Shown in pieces: positions 1 to 9,066 of a stretch of 64,000 nucleotides of DNA. Source of the stretch: Candidatus Fermentibacterota bacterium (lineage in GTDB: Bacteria > Fermentibacterota > Fermentibacteria > Fermentibacterales > JCC-6). How positions within the stretch are numbered: position 1 is the stretch's first letter; the number at the start of each line of letters is the position of its first letter. The notes beneath the pieces are model-generated. The model had not been told where the DNA came from. It was given only the letters and a program-made list of their open reading frames with translations, and did no database searches. Where the stretch lies: NCBI GenBank assembly GCA_030609965.1, contig JAUWSQ010000001.1, forward strand, positions 37,811-101,810, in the 5' to 3' direction. A program made the translations under genes and the position numbers.

Positions 1-3000
1 AACTGAATAGCACTGCCGGCCTCATAGGAACATTAACATCGATATTCCCTGTCGTTTCATTACCTGCTGAATCCGTGAAACAGACTCCAAGAGAAACGGT
101 CTTGCCTGAGAAGGGAGTAATATCGATTCTGCAACTCCGGATCGAATCACCCTGTAACATCTGCTGCGTTTGTTCAAGACTGTCAATATATGCTGCCGTT
201 TCCCTTATTCCTGAGCCTTCATCTGTACAGAAAGCCTCAACCAGTACTTCCATACCTGCGGAATCTACGATGACAGACAGGTAAGTCAGTTCGGGAGGAA
301 TGCTGTCCAGGGATACATTCCATAAAAGGTTTTCTATCAGCTCATCATCGCTTCTGAATATCTGCACTGATCCTGAATCGAAAAAGACTGTATTAAGAGA
401 TGCTTCAAAATACCATCGGTCCTCTGACTTCTCAGGTACAATCACATCACCTCCCGACAGCAGATAAATATCTCCGGTCTCCAGTGTGTCAAACGAAGTC
501 ATGAAACTGAAGTGCCGAGGTTGACTGCTCTGATATCCAGTCGGGCTGAGGGAGCACACCTCAAGCATCTCCGGCTCAAAGGATAAACCCAGATCGATCA
601 TCCCTCCCTCTTCATCAACCTGCCATCCATGAAGGTAAATCCAGTAGACTGCGGAAGAATCGGGCTCTGCAACGAAAATAGTCTCATTGGAGGTCGGAGA
701 GGTTGATCTAATCGAAAGTTCAGACATATCATCAACTACTCTGTTTGCATTGCGATCCATAAAGAGGAAAAGGTCCAGATCAAGACCGAGCTGATCACTG
801 GTTGTTCCGATGGTCATGCTTCGCTCCCCGGAGGGAATTCTGAATGGGCCGATAATCCGTTCAGCAGAAAGAGGATCATCAGGGTTGTCCTGATGAAGCT
901 CGATATCCTGATAGAACATGATCCAGTTGAGATTCTCTTCAACGCCGGGGAAGATGCCGGCGGGAGAACATGAAGCAGCCACAGGATTTCTGTTTGAAGC
1001 CATTTGGGCAAGCCAGTTAAAAGCATCGTAAGGCATATCATCAGTTACAGAATACACTGATGGAGAAAACTGATATTCAGACCATGTGAAAATGCAGTTT
1101 CTGTTATCAAGTACTGCATAACAGGTATCGTCCGGTTCAGGCGTAAATGGATACGGCACTGCCTGGCAGTTGAAGCCGCTCCTGTAACTTCTAAAGTTCT
1201 CTGCATTCATGAACACCGGAGAACGGGAGGAAGCTGATGTCAGCCAATGAATCCATCCCGGGCTCCTGTACGATTCGATCCCATTGTCATCGTCGATTGA
1301 GTAAAGCGAGCGGGAATAGAAAGGTAGGGGAAACAGACTGCTCGTGACGGGCATGCTCAATGACGAAGCACCCTCAGGGAGGGATACGATCTGCCTCTCC
1401 GGGATACTGCAAGGTACGATATAATTTATTGAGTAGGACTTCCCTTCAGTGAACGTAATATTCGAGCTTCCGGCAGACCCGAAGGGTGATACAACATCGA
1501 TTGAATACCCTCCATTCGGCTCCCAGCCTAAATGAAAAACGCATGATCCGGATTCATCGGTATAGTTGAATTCGGAAACTGAATTTCCGTTCTCCCAGTG
1601 CGATCTAGCCAGGATCATAGCGCCCTCCACTGGAATCCCTGCAGGATCGGTAACAAGAATATTAACATCGGCAGTACGTGTATAACCCGAATCTCCGGGC
1701 ATATATCCTGAACCTTGTGGAACCAGAACACTGCCCGTTACAGGCCAAACTTCATTACCGGGTCCGAAGGCAGTTATGGTGGATATAGTTTTCCTGGCGT
1801 GGTTTGCACCCTCCCCTGATACCCAGACGTTACCGATCCCTGAAATTCCGTAGTTGATATCCCAGTGATTCCAGTTTCCACTTGCAGGGTCAAGATACTG
1901 ATTCCACTGATGATCCTCACCACGGCACCCGACAACGTATGCGGGGATGAAAAATGCACGGCATAATGCTGTCTGTAAAATGGACTGTTCTCCGCAGGAA
2001 CCGTAGGCCTTCCTGTAAATCTCCATCGGCTGAAGGTCGTTTGTCATATATCCAAACGACATCAGGCCCCCCGGCTGGGAGTGAGACTGGAAGTTGCACA
2101 GCCTGATCACTGCTTCCTCGTAAGATGCTGCTTCCATCACGCGTTCTTCAAGGGTTCTTCCCCCCGAACTGTCTGAAGGGATGTATTCCCGCCAGAAAAG
2201 TTGATCTCCCGACTCACCGTACAGGCTGTCAGGTTCATGATTCAGCCATTCCTCAAGAGAAACAGATACTGTATCCCGCCCGGTGTTCCAGTATTCGGTA
2301 TTGATCCTTGCGGGAATCTCAAAAAGTATTCTGGGATGTACCACAAACCGATAGTAGTCATTTCTCGAGATCTTGACCCAGCCGCTTTCAGTCTTAAGCT
2401 GGCATTGTGTTTCATCGACTGAATCCAGCAGACGAACATAATCGAGTTTCCCAGACATTTCGTACATCTCCGAAACGTTCACGGAAAACAGATCACTGTC
2501 ACCGTTCCTGTACATGGCTCGCAGCACTTCTGTAGGCGTATGCGCGATACAGTAAGCTATCTCATCACGATGTCGGGGATCTGCTTCCATAATTTCACGG
2601 GAGAAAGTGTTTACCTCGCGGATGCCTGATGGAGCACGAAAAACAGAGTACGAAGGAAAATATCTGGAATAGTAGGATTGAATCTCTGAAGCCGAACTGT
2701 TGGGCTCGAATTTCCAGGAGAACCGCTCTACATATAAAGGTCCGCCATCAACGGCATCGCAATCAAGCTCGAAGTAGGTCAGAGACCCTCTCGAGTTTCC
2801 GACAATAAGCTCTTCTTGCCCATCGCCGTTAATGTCTGCAAAATCAGGTGTAGAGTATTCTCCAACGTCGATATTGCAAAATTCCGAATTCGCTGTTGAA
2901 TCAACCCATACTCCGCTGCCGTCCCTGGCGAAATATCTTACTTCACCGCTGCTTGATCCAAAAACAAGTCCATCCTTCCAGGCAGCCGGAGAACCAGAGG

Positions 3001-4216
3001 GGATTCGAGGGAAATTATCTATCCTCTCCCAGTTCCCGTCGAACCAGCCATGATATCCTGGAAGATAGAACACATCCCCTTCCATGGTCCCTGCTACCAG
3101 ATCGGGAAATTCGTCTCCATTAACAGAAGCAAGGGCAAGGTTAGGAAAAGTCCCGGGAACTGGCTCCAGATTCAGGAGATGGAGGGAATCCGAGCCTGGA
3201 CGGGCTTCGTAGAGAATCCCGTTCCGGGTCCCGCAGACAAGCACGGTTTCTTCGCCGAGATCCAGTTCAAGGGGCGATATGTTCAAAAGAGTGTCTCCAT
3301 TGCATGGAGTCTCTGCTGTCCCCCATTCCCGGGACATCATACTCCCACCAGCACTTGCAGCATAGAAGTTCAGACCGCTCTGCTGAGTCCCAACCGCAGC
3401 AACCAGCACTGAATCACCGGAAAGGAATATCGCTGGCGAACTGAATGCCCCTGCATTCATCGGGAATAGAATGCGGGATTCGGATATAAAAGGCAGAAAA
3501 CATGGAACCTCTATACTGCCACGGTTCCTATATATGAGAAGATTCCCCGAATCCGTTCCCACAACCAGCTCCACAAGTCCATCACCCTCCATATCCCCCA
3601 GTGCTATACCAGTTACACCTGCGATATCAAAACCTTCGGTAACCTGAAATACTGTATCTTGGAGAAATAAAGTAAGCACTCCCTCGTCACTGACGAAAGC
3701 AGAATCAGATGCGCCATTATTGTTCAAATCACAGAACCTTCTCAGTTCCATGGATCCGGGAATATCGGTTATCTCCTTCCAGTCTGGAGCAAGGAATATT
3801 CTTGATACCGGGGTGCCGATATCCCCATTCCAGACCAGGTCCTCAAGATCATCTCCATTAACATCTGCAAAGGCTGGCCGAACTGGCATGTCGGAGTCAA
3901 CAACTTCGTAAAGGAGATCAGTGAATCTTGTTGCAAGGTCCTCCCTCAACCATTCACTGCATATTTCAACTGCTTCTGCAGCCGAATCTGGCAGCATATC
4001 ACGCAACCCAGTTAGTGGTCCGGGGGCAATTACATGTACAGTTGTAAAATCACTGAATCCAGTTGAATCAGTAAATACTGACCATGAATATCCTCCGGGG
4101 GGAATCGTGATGACCAGATTGTCATTGTATGGCTGCGCTGAGAGGGTGCCTGCTGCAAGAATAAAAACGGAAAATACAGCAGACAATCTATAATATGTGG
4201 AATATCTGTTATTCAC
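1..4216 (-). CDS. Large secreted FG-GAP/VCBS-repeat protein with a transglutaminase-like cysteine-protease core. Partial: the 3' end lies beyond the window start, and at least 1405 codons are visible.
   Basis: Not in the supplied ORF track because there is no stop codon inside the window. Manual minus-strand translation from GTG 4216 is stop-free down to position 2. An SD AAAGGAG lies at 4222-4228 with a 5 nt spacer; ATG 4237 is an alternative start. The N-terminus NNRYSTYYRLSAVFSVFILAAGTLSA looks like a signal peptide. FG-GAP-type motifs repeat (FADVNGDDLEDLV, LGDMEGDGLVELVVG, SVNGDEFPDLVAG, FADINGDGQEELIVG). YGSCGEQSILQTALCRAFFIPAYVVGCRGEDHQWNQYLD (about 1900-2000) fits the Cys-His-Asp transglutaminase-like core. 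Confidence 0.8.
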   Translation of the reverse strand, partial: MNNRYSTYYRLSAVFSVFILAAGTLSAQPYNDNLVITIPPGGYSWSVFTDSTGFSDFTTVHVIAPGPLTGLRDMLPDSAAEAVEICSEWLREDLATRFTDLLYEVVDSDMPVRPAFADVNGDDLEDLVWNGDIGTPVSRIFLAPDWKEITDIPGSMELRRFCDLNNNGASDSAFVSDEGVLTLFLQDTVFQVTEGFDIAGVTGIALGDMEGDGLVELVVGTDSGNLLIYRNRGSIEVPCFLPFISESRILFPMNAGAFSSPAIFLSGDSVLVAAVGTQQSGLNFYAASAGGSMMSREWGTAETPCNGDTLLNISPLELDLGEETVLVCGTRNGILYEARPGSDSLHLLNLEPVPGTFPNLALASVNGDEFPDLVAGTMEGDVFYLPGYHGWFDGNWERIDNFPRIPSGSPAAWKDGLVFGSSSGEVRYFARDGSGVWVDSTANSEFCNIDVGEYSTPDFADINGDGQEELIVGNSRGSLTYFELDCDAVDGGPLYVERFSWKFEPNSSASEIQSYYSRYFPSYSVFRAPSGIREVNTFSREIMEADPRHRDEIAYCIAHTPTEVLRAMYRNGDSDLFSVNVSEMYEMSGKLDYVRLLDSVDETQCQLKTESGWVKISRNDYYRFVVHPRILFEIPARINTEYWNTGRDTVSVSLEEWLNHEPDSLYGESGDQLFWREYIPSDSSGGRTLEERVMEAASYEEAVIRLCNFQSHSQPGGLMSFGYMTNDLQPMEIYRKAYGSCGEQSILQTALCRAFFIPAYVVGCRGEDHQWNQYLDPASGNWNHWDINYGISGIGNVWVSGEGANHARKTISTITAFGPGNEVWPVTGSVLVPQGSGYMPGDSGYTRTADVNILVTDPAGIPVEGAMILARSHWENGNSVSEFNYTDESGSCVFHLGWEPNGGYSIDVVSPFGSAGSSNITFTEGKSYSINYIVPCSIPERQIVSLPEGASSLSMPVTSSLFPLPFYSRSLYSIDDDNGIESYRSPGWIHWLTSASSRSPVFMNAENFRSYRSGFNCQAVPYPFTPEPDDTCYAVLDNRNCIFTWSEYQFSPSVYSVTDDMPYDAFNWLAQMASNRNPVAASCSPAGIFPGVEENLNWIMFYQDIELHQDNPDDPLSAERIIGPFRIPSGERSMTIGTTSDQLGLDLDLFLFMDRNANRVVDDMSELSIRSTSPTSNETIFVAEPDSSAVYWIYLHGWQVDEEGGMIDLGLSFEPEMLEVCSLSPTGYQSSQPRHFSFMTSFDTLETGDIYLLSGGDVIVPEKSEDRWYFEASLNTVFFDSGSVQIFRSDDELIENLLWNVSLDSIPPELTYLSVIVDSAGMEVLVEAFCTDEGSGIRETAAYIDSLEQTQQMLQGDSIRSCRIDITPFSGKTVSLGVCFTDSAGNETTGNIDVNVPMRPAVLFS

Positions 4217-4298
4217 AGAATCTCCTTTAAATTGCATTATTATATATGTTTATTGATCATTATTAATTGTAAGCTGCCAAATTAGTTGAAGAAGTGTG

Positions 4299-5048
4299 CT
4301 ACGTCCCCGGGAGCAGAATACGGAAGCCGATGTGGCGTGCCCGATCACCGGGAGCCAGGTATTGTGCGGCGTCAATTGTGATTTCCTCAGCAGGAGACAG
4401 CCATGCTCCTCCGCATACCGGTAACACTGAATCAAGAGGTGAGAAGGTCCATTCGGCCACGTTACCCGCTTGACATGCAAAACCTGCATCTGTCAGTGGA
4501 AATGAATCAACTGGAGCTGTCCAGAAGTATCCATCCATTCCTCTTGTTTCCCATTCATCTCCAGCAAGGTAGTTGGCCGGGTACTCCGCGTCCTCAGGCT
4601 CGAGAGAACCCCATGGATACTTCCCCGCGAAATCCCCTGATATGTCCAGGGATGCAGCGTAAGCCCACTCGGATCTTGTAGGAAGCCTTCCTCCAAGTAC
4701 TGCCGCAACAGCTACCGCTTCTCTTAAGCTTACGTTCAACACAGGGTAGTCCGGGTATTCGAAAAGATAATGGTTCATGCCGGGGAATTCCGGGTCTGGC
4801 GGCAAGTCGAGACCCACTTCATCAGACAGATAATAATAGAGCCTGTTGGATACTTCGTATCTCCCAAGACGAAAATCTGATATCTCAACGGTATCGGAGG
4901 ATTCGGTAATAAAAATTCCTCCAGGTACGTAAACGAAAGCAGTATCCTTCGCCATCAATGGAAGGGGGTCAGGCCTGAATGCCTGTTCCTTATCATCGCC
5001 ACAGGCGAGGAACAGAGCAAGCATAATGGTAATGAGTATGTACTTCAT
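4299..5048 (-). CDS. FGE-sulfatase (SUMF1/formylglycine-generating-enzyme family) domain lipoprotein
   Basis: Track ORF 4299..5096. The likely start is ATG 5048, giving a lipoprotein-like signal MKYILITIMLALFLAC. Motifs YPWG, NVAEWT, GGAW and RHIGFRIL are typical of the FGE-sulfatase fold. Confidence 0.7.
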   Translation of the reverse strand: MKYILITIMLALFLACGDDKEQAFRPDPLPLMAKDTAFVYVPGGIFITESSDTVEISDFRLGRYEVSNRLYYYLSDEVGLDLPPDPEFPGMNHYLFEYPDYPVLNVSLREAVAVAAVLGGRLPTRSEWAYAASLDISGDFAGKYPWGSLEPEDAEYPANYLAGDEWETRGMDGYFWTAPVDSFPLTDAGFACQAGNVAEWTFSPLDSVLPVCGGAWLSPAEEITIDAAQYLAPGDRARHIGFRILLPGT

Positions 5049-5214
5049 CACTCCAGGAGTATGTCCGACAATGTACATTGAGCAGAATATCCTCATGGCT
5101 GAGATAGAATGCTCGGAGATTTGAGGAGAATACTGGATGTATTTGACGATAATATGCGAGTATTATAGCCAGCTGTGTGGGTCTTATGCAAATGTTTCAT
5201 TGTCGGATACACTC

Positions 5215-5457
5215 CTAAACGGTTTCAGGTTGCTTTTTTCTGAAAATGATAGCAATGGGAATGATAACGCAGTAACCTGCAATCAGCATTACCGGGGCGA
5301 TGGTGATATGTCCCCCGCGAAGAAGAAACCATCCTGCGATAATATCAAGCAGCCCTGCGGCAAACAGAATATAATTAATCACTGAAAATGGAGCTGTGCC
5401 CTCTGCACTCTCCTTCTGACTGATCTTTTCAGGAGCAGTTTTCCCCTTTTTCTTCAT
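5215..5457 (-). CDS. Small membrane protein of unknown function with two predicted TM helices
   Basis: 80-aa ORF with a Lys-rich N-terminus followed by two hydrophobic stretches (INYILFAAGLLDIIAGWFLL and IAPVMLIAGYCVIIPIAIIF). It is the last gene of the minus-strand operon. Confidence 0.45.
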   Translation of the reverse strand: MKKKGKTAPEKISQKESAEGTAPFSVINYILFAAGLLDIIAGWFLLRGGHITIAPVMLIAGYCVIIPIAIIFRKKQPETV

Positions 5458-5508
5458 TGAATTCTACCTCCATCATATCGGATATTAAAACTAATGTATG
5501 AACAATAC

Positions 5509-6816
5509 CTATACATCACAACTCGGAGGACTGTCAACATTGGTAACGTGATCGAAAAGTTGTCTCGGTTCCTCCCCTTCCGCAGGCATGGTTATCCAGC
5601 CCTTCTCCCAGGATTGCCTCATTGCATCTCCGACAACGAAGAATGAACCTGTTACAACCAGAATATCTGAAGCCAGGGATCTGCCCTTTTCCAGCGCTAC
5701 ACCTATATTGTCCTCCCAGGTGGCTTCAACACCATTTTTCCGGAATTCAGCGGCAAGTGTTTTTGCCGGCAGGCACCTCTCGTTAAGCGGCGTTGTTGTT
5801 ATCACCGGATTGAATATTCCTTTCAGCTGAAGGATCATTTCCCGCCAGAATTTGTCCTCCAGGAAACCTATCATAGCAGGTACCGGAGTCTTCCATCCGC
5901 TTTTCAGATACTTGATCAGGAAAGCAATGGAACCCGGATTATGAGCGACATCGAACAGGATTGACGGATGACCGGAGCGTAGATCTATACGCCCGGCCCA
6001 CTTAAGTGTAGAACATGATTTATAGAAAGCGGTCATGACCGAAGCATCATCGCATTTCGTTAACTGAAGCGCTGCTGCAATGGCCAGCCCTGCGTTGCGC
6101 TTCTGGTGTTCCCCGGGCAGTGGAGCGTTTTTCGCCTGTTCCGGGATTGTACGTTGAAGATTCCCCTCTTCAGTTGCCTGGACGATGATTCTCTCTACTT
6201 CCGGTTTCTGTCTGAAAGCTATGAGCGCTGACCCCTTCGGGGCAATTGCAACCTTCTCAGCTGTGATGGCAGCCTCAGTGGAGCCGAGAATTCTTCTGTG
6301 TTCGATCTCCACTCCTGTGAAGACAGTGCAGGAGCCGCCCAGAAGCCTTGTTGCATCAAGCCTTCCTCCCAGACCGGCTTCGGCGACCACCAGGTCTACC
6401 CCGCTGTTCATGAAATGCCATGCTGACATAACAGTTGTAATCTCAAAAAAAGTCGCGCTGTGCTCCTCAATTCTATCTCTGAAGAGTTCAACGAATCTCA
6501 CAACTTCTTCTTCGGGAATCCATCTGCCGTCAACCGCAGCCCGTTCCCTGTAGTGGAAAAGGTGTGGGGAAGTCATTCTTCCTGTTCTGAAGCCGAGGTG
6601 CCGAAGAATCTCGGAAAGAAGCGCAGTGGTGCTGCCCTTCCCGTTGCTGCCAACGATATGAACAGTTCTGAATTTCTCCTGAGGGTTTCCGGCATCTTTC
6701 ATGAGTTTTCTGACCCGGTCAAGGCCGAATTTCATACCCATTCTGCGCCTGCCAAAAAGGTATTTCTCCACATCACTGTAATTCAACTGATGCTGCCTCC
6801 CGGATAAAAGAAGCAA
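5509..6816 (-). CDS. folC: Folylpolyglutamate synthase/dihydrofolate synthase
   Basis: Mur-ligase P-loop VGSNGKGST and a FolC-type N-terminus (KFGLDRVRKLMKDAGNPQ). The start is uncertain: TTG 6816, TTG 6786 or GTG 6771. The first two overlap the upstream gene. Confidence 0.85.
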   Translation of the reverse strand: MLLLSGRQHQLNYSDVEKYLFGRRRMGMKFGLDRVRKLMKDAGNPQEKFRTVHIVGSNGKGSTTALLSEILRHLGFRTGRMTSPHLFHYRERAAVDGRWIPEEEVVRFVELFRDRIEEHSATFFEITTVMSAWHFMNSGVDLVVAEAGLGGRLDATRLLGGSCTVFTGVEIEHRRILGSTEAAITAEKVAIAPKGSALIAFRQKPEVERIIVQATEEGNLQRTIPEQAKNAPLPGEHQKRNAGLAIAAALQLTKCDDASVMTAFYKSCSTLKWAGRIDLRSGHPSILFDVAHNPGSIAFLIKYLKSGWKTPVPAMIGFLEDKFWREMILQLKGIFNPVITTTPLNERCLPAKTLAAEFRKNGVEATWEDNIGVALEKGRSLASDILVVTGSFFVVGDAMRQSWEKGWITMPAEGEEPRQLFDHVTNVDSPPSCDV

Positions 6817-8005
6817 GAAAGGCTTCCTGCATTTTTCTTACCTTTCCCTGTGATGAGAGAACTTCCTCATGGGTAACCACAGCTTCGGGGGATGCGGCAT
6901 TGGTTACCAGTGATACAGCCGCAACATCGAATCCTCGCGCCGAAAGAAGCAATGCTTCAGGTACGGTTGACATGGATACTGTCGAAAAACAATTTTTCTT
7001 CAGGAACTTAATCTCTGCGGTGGTTTCGTAGGCAGGTCCCGAAACACAGGCAAAGATTCCCTCGCGTAATTCTGTTCCGGTTCTTAACGCAGCTTTCTGT
7101 GCCGCCTGTCTGAGCCTGTCTGAGTAGACCGATCGTCTTACCCTTCCACATGCAGGTTTCGGTACACATCCTGCGAAATTCACATGATCCCTGAACAGAA
7201 CTGCATCACCCGGACGGAGTTCGGTGTCGACCGCTCCGGAAGATGAAGTGAGTATCCATGCTGTAACACCAATATCCCCAAGCACACCCGGCAGCAGCGA
7301 TATCTCATCTCCAGTGTAACCCTGGTAATGATGCCGGCGGCCCAGCATGAATACGAACCTGCCGCAACTGCTGAATGAGATCTTACCTGGATGTCCTGGG
7401 ACTTCAGGGCTCGATTCTCCGAGTAATTCCTCATAACTGATCTCCAGTTCTGATCCGAACTCCTGGGCAAGCCATGACAACCCGGAGCCCAGAATCACTC
7501 CAACAGGGGGGATCATGGCACTTCTGCTGAAAATCCGCTCAGCAATAACTGATGTAACTCTGTCAGGATGGATTGTCTTACGAAACGCAACACCGTTTTC
7601 ACCGTCAGGGTAGTATTTTTCGATCAGCTGCGTACGGGTGTAGTTGCTTTTCGTATATAGAGTCAGGGCAGGCAGAGAGCTTTCCCGTACTTCAAGAAAG
7701 GAAAACGCAGCCCCGAGGCGCTGCCCCCACGATTCAGCGGTTCGAAGAAGACAGCTTGCCAGGCCCTGCCTTCGTTTATTTTCATCTGCCGCCAGATTAA
7801 CGATATGAAGCCCGGGAGCATCCAGTTGTGCGGTAATGTATCCAGTGACCCTGCCATTGAGTCTTGAGGTCCATGTTCGAAAGGAAGGGGATTCAATACA
7901 GGCAGTAATGGTTTCTTTATCCCATGGGCAAGGAAATGATCGATTCTCGATATCCATTATGCCGGGAACATCAACAATCGATGCAATGCGGATCTCAGGG
8001 TACAA
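6773..8005 (-). CDS. Fusion protein: RimI-type GNAT N-acetyltransferase (N-terminal) plus purine nucleoside phosphorylase of the PunA/PNP type (C-terminal)
   Basis: Single 410-aa ORF. Residues 1 to about 150 carry the GNAT core (HIVNLAADENKRRQGLASCLL, FLEVRESSLPALTLY). Residues from about 160 carry PNP motifs (VILGSGLS, PGHPGK, MLGRRHHYQGY, SMSTVPE, VTNAAS). Confidence 0.8.
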   Translation of the reverse strand: MYPEIRIASIVDVPGIMDIENRSFPCPWDKETITACIESPSFRTWTSRLNGRVTGYITAQLDAPGLHIVNLAADENKRRQGLASCLLRTAESWGQRLGAAFSFLEVRESSLPALTLYTKSNYTRTQLIEKYYPDGENGVAFRKTIHPDRVTSVIAERIFSRSAMIPPVGVILGSGLSWLAQEFGSELEISYEELLGESSPEVPGHPGKISFSSCGRFVFMLGRRHHYQGYTGDEISLLPGVLGDIGVTAWILTSSSGAVDTELRPGDAVLFRDHVNFAGCVPKPACGRVRRSVYSDRLRQAAQKAALRTGTELREGIFACVSGPAYETTAEIKFLKKNCFSTVSMSTVPEALLLSARGFDVAAVSLVTNAASPEAVVTHEEVLSSQGKVRKMQEAFLASFIREAASVELQ

Positions 8006-8669
8006 TGCTGTTCACCTTTTCATTAAAACCACGGAGATATATGGGAGCCGGATAATTATCGAAACCACGCAGTTCTACCTTCATTGAACCCAGCAGCGCA
8101 ACGATTGAAGGTCGGGGAGTGTCCCAGAGCGGATCAGTCTTTATAACCTTATCGGAAAACGGCATAATGCTCCTACCGCTGCCCACCACTACAACGGAGC
8201 CCAGTCCGGCTATGCGCTTCTCAACGGCAGAGACAGTGTAAACACCTGATGGAACAATCTCAGCGGCCCCGAAAGAACTGTTCTCATAAACAGCAGCATA
8301 AATCTCTTTATCTCTCGCAACTATGCATGAAAGAACAGGACCTTCAGAAGTAACTGATGAAGCCAGGACTCTGAGCGTTTCAACGCTCACTGCCCCTATT
8401 CCCCATCCGGCAGACAATCCCTGGGCTGTGGCGATTCCGATGCGAAGCCCTGTGTAGGACCCTGGCCCCGATGAGACGGCGATTCCTGTAATCTCTTCAG
8501 GAATCACTTCAGCCTGCTTCATAAGCCTTGCAACACCTGGAAGGACTTTCTCCGAGTGCGTTGCCCTGACCGGGAAACACTCCTCCGCCAGAAGTAATCC
8601 ATTTTTCATGACTGCAACTCCACCTGTTGAGGTAGTGGTCTCAATTCCCAGCCAGACTCCTGTCATCAA
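7995..8669 (-). CDS. tsaB: tRNA t6A37 threonylcarbamoyl transfer protein TsaB (YeaZ)
   Basis: The N-terminus LGIETTTSTGGVAV and SGPGSYTGLRIG are typical of TsaB. It lies between tsaE and the rimI-like gene. Confidence 0.85.
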   Translation of the reverse strand: MMTGVWLGIETTTSTGGVAVMKNGLLLAEECFPVRATHSEKVLPGVARLMKQAEVIPEEITGIAVSSGPGSYTGLRIGIATAQGLSAGWGIGAVSVETLRVLASSVTSEGPVLSCIVARDKEIYAAVYENSSFGAAEIVPSGVYTVSAVEKRIAGLGSVVVVGSGRSIMPFSDKVIKTDPLWDTPRPSIVALLGSMKVELRGFDNYPAPIYLRGFNEKVNSIVP

Positions 8670-9066
8670 TCTCCACCTCCCTCAATAACGGATTATCGGT
8701 AAAACCGATACTAACGAAGATTCCGTTCTTCAGAATAACTGCGTCCAGACGCTCGGCCCATTCAACAATAATTGCGGCATCACTTTCAAGGGCTGCGTAA
8801 ATCCCGTAGAACTCCATCTCTTCAGGATTGCCCTTCAGCCTGTACAGATCTATGTGATGGATTTCCAGTCCGGCGGTGCTGTATACAGCATCCACAATAA
8901 AGCTGGGACTCGGGATACTGCCTTTCACCCCCAGCTCCCTGAGAACTGCCCTCGCGAAGACAGATTTTCCTGCGCCCAGATCACCGGAAAGAAAAAGTCT
9001 GCTGCCTGGTCCCATACGGCACGCGATTCCACTGGCAAGCTTCTCCAGAGCAACCTCATCGATCAT
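8641..9066 (-). CDS. tsaE: tRNA t6A37 ATPase TsaE (YjeE)
   Basis: Walker A GDLGAGKS followed by SPSF and HIDLYRL, in a 141-aa protein. This is the typical TsaE layout. Confidence 0.85.
   Translation of the reverse strand: MIDEVALEKLASGIACRMGPGSRLFLSGDLGAGKSVFARAVLRELGVKGSIPSPSFIVDAVYSTAGLEIHHIDLYRLKGNPEEMEFYGIYAALESDAAIIVEWAERLDAVILKNGIFVSIGFTDNPLLREVEIDDRSLAGN

Noticed and set aside
4299-5048. FGE-sulfatase / C-type-lectin-like fold protein as a diversity-generating retroelement target
   Set aside because: There is no reverse transcriptase in the window. No template-repeat copy of the 3' end is present, and no adenine-specific mismatch pattern can be evaluated.
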